From an uncultured Candidatus Binatia bacterium (lineage in GTDB: Bacteria > Desulfobacterota > Binatia > UBA9968 > JAJDTQ01): a DNA stretch of 64,000 nt. Below the pieces are notes generated by a model. It did not search any database. It was not told where the DNA came from and worked only from the letters and a program-made list of their open reading frames with translations. Position numbers and translations under genes: made by a program. The stretch spans positions 160,001 through 224,000 of the forward strand of contig OZ219754.1 in the NCBI GenBank assembly GCA_964291295.2, read 5' to 3'. How positions within the stretch are numbered: the stretch's first letter is position 1; each line of letters begins with the position of its first letter. Of the stretch, positions 60,023 to 64,000 are shown in pieces.

Positions 60023-60781
60023 TCATCCGCGAATCCCACCCCAACAGGGCACCTCGGCCCACTCCTCCGCCGGAATGGCATAGGAGTGGGTCCCGGCGAT
60101 CAGTCCCGCACGGTTCAGGTTGCTGGGGCATATCATGCGCTCGCCGATCTCCTTTTCAGCCAGCCTGGCATCCATGAGGTCGTGACTGCGCGTCGAATGG
60201 CCCAACCCCATGGCGTGCCCGATCTCGTGGGCGGTCATGTTCTGCGCCTCCACGGCACCCACGTCCCGGAGCCCGAGGTGGACGTAGGCCTTGCGGATGC
60301 CCTCCCGTCCGTTGCGGCATCGGATCCTGGTGGCGCCCACTACCCCCGGGAACACGTCGTCGAACAACTCGATGGTGATGTCGGCCCCTTCGTGGGCCGT
60401 CTCCCACAGGGCGTAGAACGGCTGTACCCGGTTCCACTGCAACACGCCGCGGCGAACCGCGAGGGCCAGGTCCAGGGACACGCCGGCCCAGTTGTTGACC
60501 TTGAACGTCACCACCTCGCGGTCCACGGCATTCCAACGGGCCACGGCGCCGTCTTCGCACTCCATCCGCCGAATGCGCGCCATGGGCCGGGTGTCGTCGT
60601 GGCCGCGGTGGGCATCGTCATGGATGGACCGGGGATCGTCTGCCCGCCGGCAGGCGGCCGGGCCGCGCGCACCGCCATCGGACGTGCAGCTTTCGCCGTC
60701 GGAGTGAACCAGGGTCAAGGAGAAGGCGAGGGCGACAACGGAAGGAAATGCGCAAGGGAATGCTTGTCGGGGCTTGATCAT
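60023..60781 (-). CDS. Matrixin-family (M10-like) secreted metalloprotease
   Basis: Signal-like N-terminus; HEIGHAMGLGHS and DLM Met-turn. Confidence 0.75.
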   Translation of the reverse strand: MIKPRQAFPCAFPSVVALAFSLTLVHSDGESCTSDGGARGPAACRRADDPRSIHDDAHRGHDDTRPMARIRRMECEDGAVARWNAVDREVVTFKVNNWAGVSLDLALAVRRGVLQWNRVQPFYALWETAHEGADITIELFDDVFPGVVGATRIRCRNGREGIRKAYVHLGLRDVGAVEAQNMTAHEIGHAMGLGHSTRSHDLMDARLAEKEIGERMICPSNLNRAGLIAGTHSYAIPAEEWAEVPCWGGIRG

Positions 60782-61064
60782 GCTGACGTCGGCGGTCTCG
60801 TCGTCTGCCGGAGGCCCTCGGGCGCAGTCACCGCGAACCGTCCCCTTATACAACGCCGCGTCCCCGTTCGGCAACCTTTCGGGATTCCACCGCGTTCCGG
60901 ACACCCGCCGCATGCCGCTTCGCCCACCGGGCGGCGGCCCGCGCCGGCGGGAGCCTTCCCTTGTTTCCCGGCGCGGCCCGTGCGATTCTTTCCGCACAGG
61001 GCATCTACCAGCGGGGGTTCCGCCGGACTGCATGTCGCGGACACCCACACCTGCGAGGCGAAAC

Positions 61065-62261
61065 ATGGCATTCGAGCGACTGCGGCAACGCATGGGCGGG
61101 GAGGAGGGCGAAGCAACCGGGGCTCAAGGGGACGCCGCCATCACCTTCGGCGTCGAGGAGGAGTTCTGGCTCGTCGATCCGCACAGCCGTGACATCATCG
61201 CCGACCCGGCACCGGGAATCTTCGAATGGTGCGAGCGCAACCGCGGACCTCATGGATTCGTGCACGAGTTCCTCCGTTCCCAGATCGAGACCAATACCCG
61301 CGTGTGCGGGTCCGTGGCCGACCTGCGCCGTGCGCTCAAGGAGACCCGGCGGGTGGTGGTGGAGGCGGCGGCACGGCACGGCGCCGTGGTGATGGCCGCC
61401 TCGACGCATCCCTTCGCGGCATGGGAGTCGCAGAGGAGCACTCCCAAGGAACGATACGAACGGCTGGAAACCATCCTCCAGGAGAGCGTTCGGCGGCTGC
61501 TGGTGAGCGGCATGCACATCCATGCCGGTTTCGGAGACGCCGATTCCCGAATCCGCGTCATGACCGCCATGAGGCGCTACCTGCCCCTTCTGCACGCCCT
61601 CTCCACGTCGTCGCCCTTCAACGCCGGCCATGAGACCGGCTTCAAATCCTATCGGCTGAGCATCCTGGGGGCGCTTCCGCGCACCGGCCTGCCCGGCCCG
61701 ATGTGGTCCCGGGCGGAATTCGACCAGCTCGTGGCCGACTACCGGAGAATGAAGCTCATCGGCGACGGCAGCGAACTGTGGTGGGACATCCGCCCGTCCA
61801 TGCGCTTTCCCACCATGGAGCTTCGCATCTGCGACCTGTGTCCGCGGATCGACGACGCCATGTGCATTGCCGCCATGTACGCCTGCCTCATCCGGCGGCT
61901 GTCCCGGCTCGACCGCGGCCACGAACTGCCAGCCGAGCCCCCGACGGAGATCATCGCCGAGAACCGCTGGCTGGCCCAGCGCTACGGCGTGCTGGGATTT
62001 CACGGCGACACCAGCCAGGGCGGCCGCAAGGACATCGCCGACTTCGTCGCCGAACTGCTGGAGCAGCTGGCCGGCGACGCCGCCGCCCTGGACTGCGGGA
62101 AGGAGCTGCAACACGCCCTCACCATCATCCGCCAGGGCACCAGCGCCGACCGGCAGACCGACCTGTTCCGTCTTCGCCAGCTGGAGGGCGACACCTCCGC
62201 CGAGGCGCTGCGCGCGGTGGTGGACCTGGTGGTCGAGGAGACCCGGGACGGCATCGAGTGA
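61065..62261 (+). CDS. ybdK: Carboxylate-amine ligase (glutamate-cysteine ligase 2)
   Basis: TFGVEEE, QIETNT, ASTHPF, GMHIH, SSPF, WWDIRP, ELRICD, ENRWLAQRYG. Confidence 0.9.
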   Translation: MAFERLRQRMGGEEGEATGAQGDAAITFGVEEEFWLVDPHSRDIIADPAPGIFEWCERNRGPHGFVHEFLRSQIETNTRVCGSVADLRRALKETRRVVVEAAARHGAVVMAASTHPFAAWESQRSTPKERYERLETILQESVRRLLVSGMHIHAGFGDADSRIRVMTAMRRYLPLLHALSTSSPFNAGHETGFKSYRLSILGALPRTGLPGPMWSRAEFDQLVADYRRMKLIGDGSELWWDIRPSMRFPTMELRICDLCPRIDDAMCIAAMYACLIRRLSRLDRGHELPAEPPTEIIAENRWLAQRYGVLGFHGDTSQGGRKDIADFVAELLEQLAGDAAALDCGKELQHALTIIRQGTSADRQTDLFRLRQLEGDTSAEALRAVVDLVVEETRDGIE

Positions 62262-62393
62262 TGCGTCTCGAGTTCGGGAAGCCCCGGGAAATTGCCGCAA
62301 ACGGCGTTTGCTGGTAGGCTACGTGGAATTTTGCGCCAGCCCGAAAGCGCCGGCTCGTCAAGACTCGGCGCTGACCGTTGCAGGAGGTTCGCC

Positions 62394-63458
62394 ATGTCCG
62401 TGATTGATGCCGATACCCATGTCGACGAGTCCGAATCCACCTGGGCCGCCCTGGAAGGGACTCCGTACGACAAATATATTCCCGTGACCGTCACCATCTC
62501 GGACCAGGAGGCGGCGCGGGCGGGCTTCAACACCACCACCCGGCGCAGTTGGGTGGTGGAGGGCCGGCTTCAGAACCGCGCGGTGCGGGACGAGGTCAAC
62601 CATCCGCCGCGGGTGTACCGGGAACTTGACGACGTCGAAGGCCGCCTGGCTCACATGGACGAGATGGGGGTCGACATCCAGGTCATCTTCCCGACCTTCT
62701 TCATCCGTCACAACACCCGGAATATCGAGGCGGAATGGGCGCTGGCCACCACCTACAACCGCTGGCTGGCCGGCAAGTGCGAGCCCACCGGCGGACGCCT
62801 GCAGTGGGCCGCGGTGCTGCCTTGGCTGAATCAGGATGCGGCCGTGAAGGAGCTGCGCTGGGCCAGGGAGCACGGCGCCTGCGGCGTCTTCAAGCGCGGG
62901 TTCGACATCGACCGCAAGGTCACCGACCCGCATTTCTTTCCGGTGTACGAGGAGGCCCATCGCCTGGGCATGCCCCTGTGCATCCATACCGGCCACCCGC
63001 TGCCGGCTCGCGAGTGGGATCGGGGCTTTCCCATCATGTACGCCTTCGCCGAACTGGTGACCTCCGGGGTGCCCGAGATGTTCCCGAATCTTCGGTTTGG
63101 CTTCATCGAGTCCGGGGCCTCGTGGATCCCCTACGTGATGTCGCAGCTTGGAGCCACGAAGCGCGCCGGGTTGCGCGGCAAACAGGCCACGGTCCCCCAC
63201 CTGTTCGACCTCGACCCGGAGATCTTCCACAGGAACCGGGCCTTCATCACCATCGACCCCATCGACGACGTGGAGTCGATCCTTAAGTTTCACACCGAAG
63301 ACAATCTTATGATCGGTACCGACTACAGCCATACCGACATCTCCGCGAACCTGAGCGGGATCAACGAGGTGCGCAACTGGGTGGACGAAGGCCGCATCGA
63401 CCACGCACAGGGCGAGAAGATCCTCAACAGCAATTCCCGGGAATTCTACGGACTGTAG
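62394..63458 (+). CDS. Amidohydrolase_2 family protein
   Basis: AGGAGG RBS; IDADTHVDE, MDEMGVDIQVIFPT, CIHTG, ESGASW, GTDYSHTD. Confidence 0.88.
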   Translation: MSVIDADTHVDESESTWAALEGTPYDKYIPVTVTISDQEAARAGFNTTTRRSWVVEGRLQNRAVRDEVNHPPRVYRELDDVEGRLAHMDEMGVDIQVIFPTFFIRHNTRNIEAEWALATTYNRWLAGKCEPTGGRLQWAAVLPWLNQDAAVKELRWAREHGACGVFKRGFDIDRKVTDPHFFPVYEEAHRLGMPLCIHTGHPLPAREWDRGFPIMYAFAELVTSGVPEMFPNLRFGFIESGASWIPYVMSQLGATKRAGLRGKQATVPHLFDLDPEIFHRNRAFITIDPIDDVESILKFHTEDNLMIGTDYSHTDISANLSGINEVRNWVDEGRIDHAQGEKILNSNSREFYGL

Positions 63459-63510
63459 CGCCGCTGTCACGCGCACCACCGGCGGTGCATGGAAACCAGG
63501 TTTGCCAAGT

Positions 63511-64000
63511 TTGGATACGGCTACCCTTTGGCGCACCGCATTCGCGGATGAAAGACGCCCCGACCCCTGGCAGGAAACACTCGCCACCCGCGCATGGCCG
63601 CGGGTTCTCACAGCGCCGACGGGGTCGGGCAAGACGGCCGCGGTGACGCTCGGCTGGGCGGCGCACCGTCTGCGGAGTCCCGAGACCACGCCGCGCCGGC
63701 TCGTCTGGTGCCTGCCGATGCGAACCTTGGTGGAGCAGATCGCGGAGGCCGCCAGGGATTGGTTCACGAGGCTCGCCGAAGTCGACGCCAGCGGCCATCT
63801 CCCCCGGCCGGAGCATGTCCACGTGCTCATGGGCGGCGCGGATGCCAGCGACTGGCTGGACCGGCCGGAGCGTCCAGCGGTGCTCGTCGGTACCCAGGAC
63901 ATGCTGCTGAGCCGTGCGCTCATGCGGGGCTATGCCTCTTCGCGCGCTATCTGGCCAATGGAGTTCGCGCTCTTGCACGAGGACGTGCAGTGGGTGTTCG
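63511..64000 (+). CDS. cas3: Type I-G (I-U)-like Cas3 helicase, 5' part, runs off the right edge
   Basis: Manual translation (not in ORF track): PDPWQ...APTGSGKT...PRRLVWCLPMRTLVEQ...LMGG...VGTQDMLLSRALMRGY...WPMEFALLHEDVQWVF; TTG start at 63511 or 63502. Confidence 0.82.
   Translation, partial: MDTATLWRTAFADERRPDPWQETLATRAWPRVLTAPTGSGKTAAVTLGWAAHRLRSPETTPRRLVWCLPMRTLVEQIAEAARDWFTRLAEVDASGHLPRPEHVHVLMGGADASDWLDRPERPAVLVGTQDMLLSRALMRGYASSRAIWPMEFALLHEDVQWVF

Overview
High-GC bacterial window, probably from a Deltaproteobacteria-like (possibly Binatia-like) and possibly host/sponge-associated organism (inference from gene content only). Housekeeping genes: yceD-rpmF-plsX-fabD-fabG, yebC-ruvCAB, rlpA, acnA, clpS-clpA, ilvD, cobB, otsB, ybdK. 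Accessory material: a decayed TbpB-like/Slam (type XI secretion) pair, two RTX Ca-binding proteins, a CoA-transferase/MaoC/CitE/acyl-CoA dehydrogenase cluster, a 3.2-kb IS1595-family element with 25-bp terminal inverted repeats carrying a restriction-modification pair, a ~2,800-aa FN3/Calx-beta autotransporter with a near-perfect 621-bp tandem duplication and strong strand skew, a metzincin-TbpB-barrel lipoprotein, an Eco29kI-like R-M islet, and the 5' end of a type I-G-like Cas3 at the right edge. The best candidate for an undescribed system is an NtrY-like kinase followed by an intact NtrX-like receiver domain fused in frame to an intact LpxC, suggesting direct two-component control of the committed step of lipid A synthesis. 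No rRNA, tRNA or CRISPR array was seen. All calls are from manual motif recognition; no database search was run.
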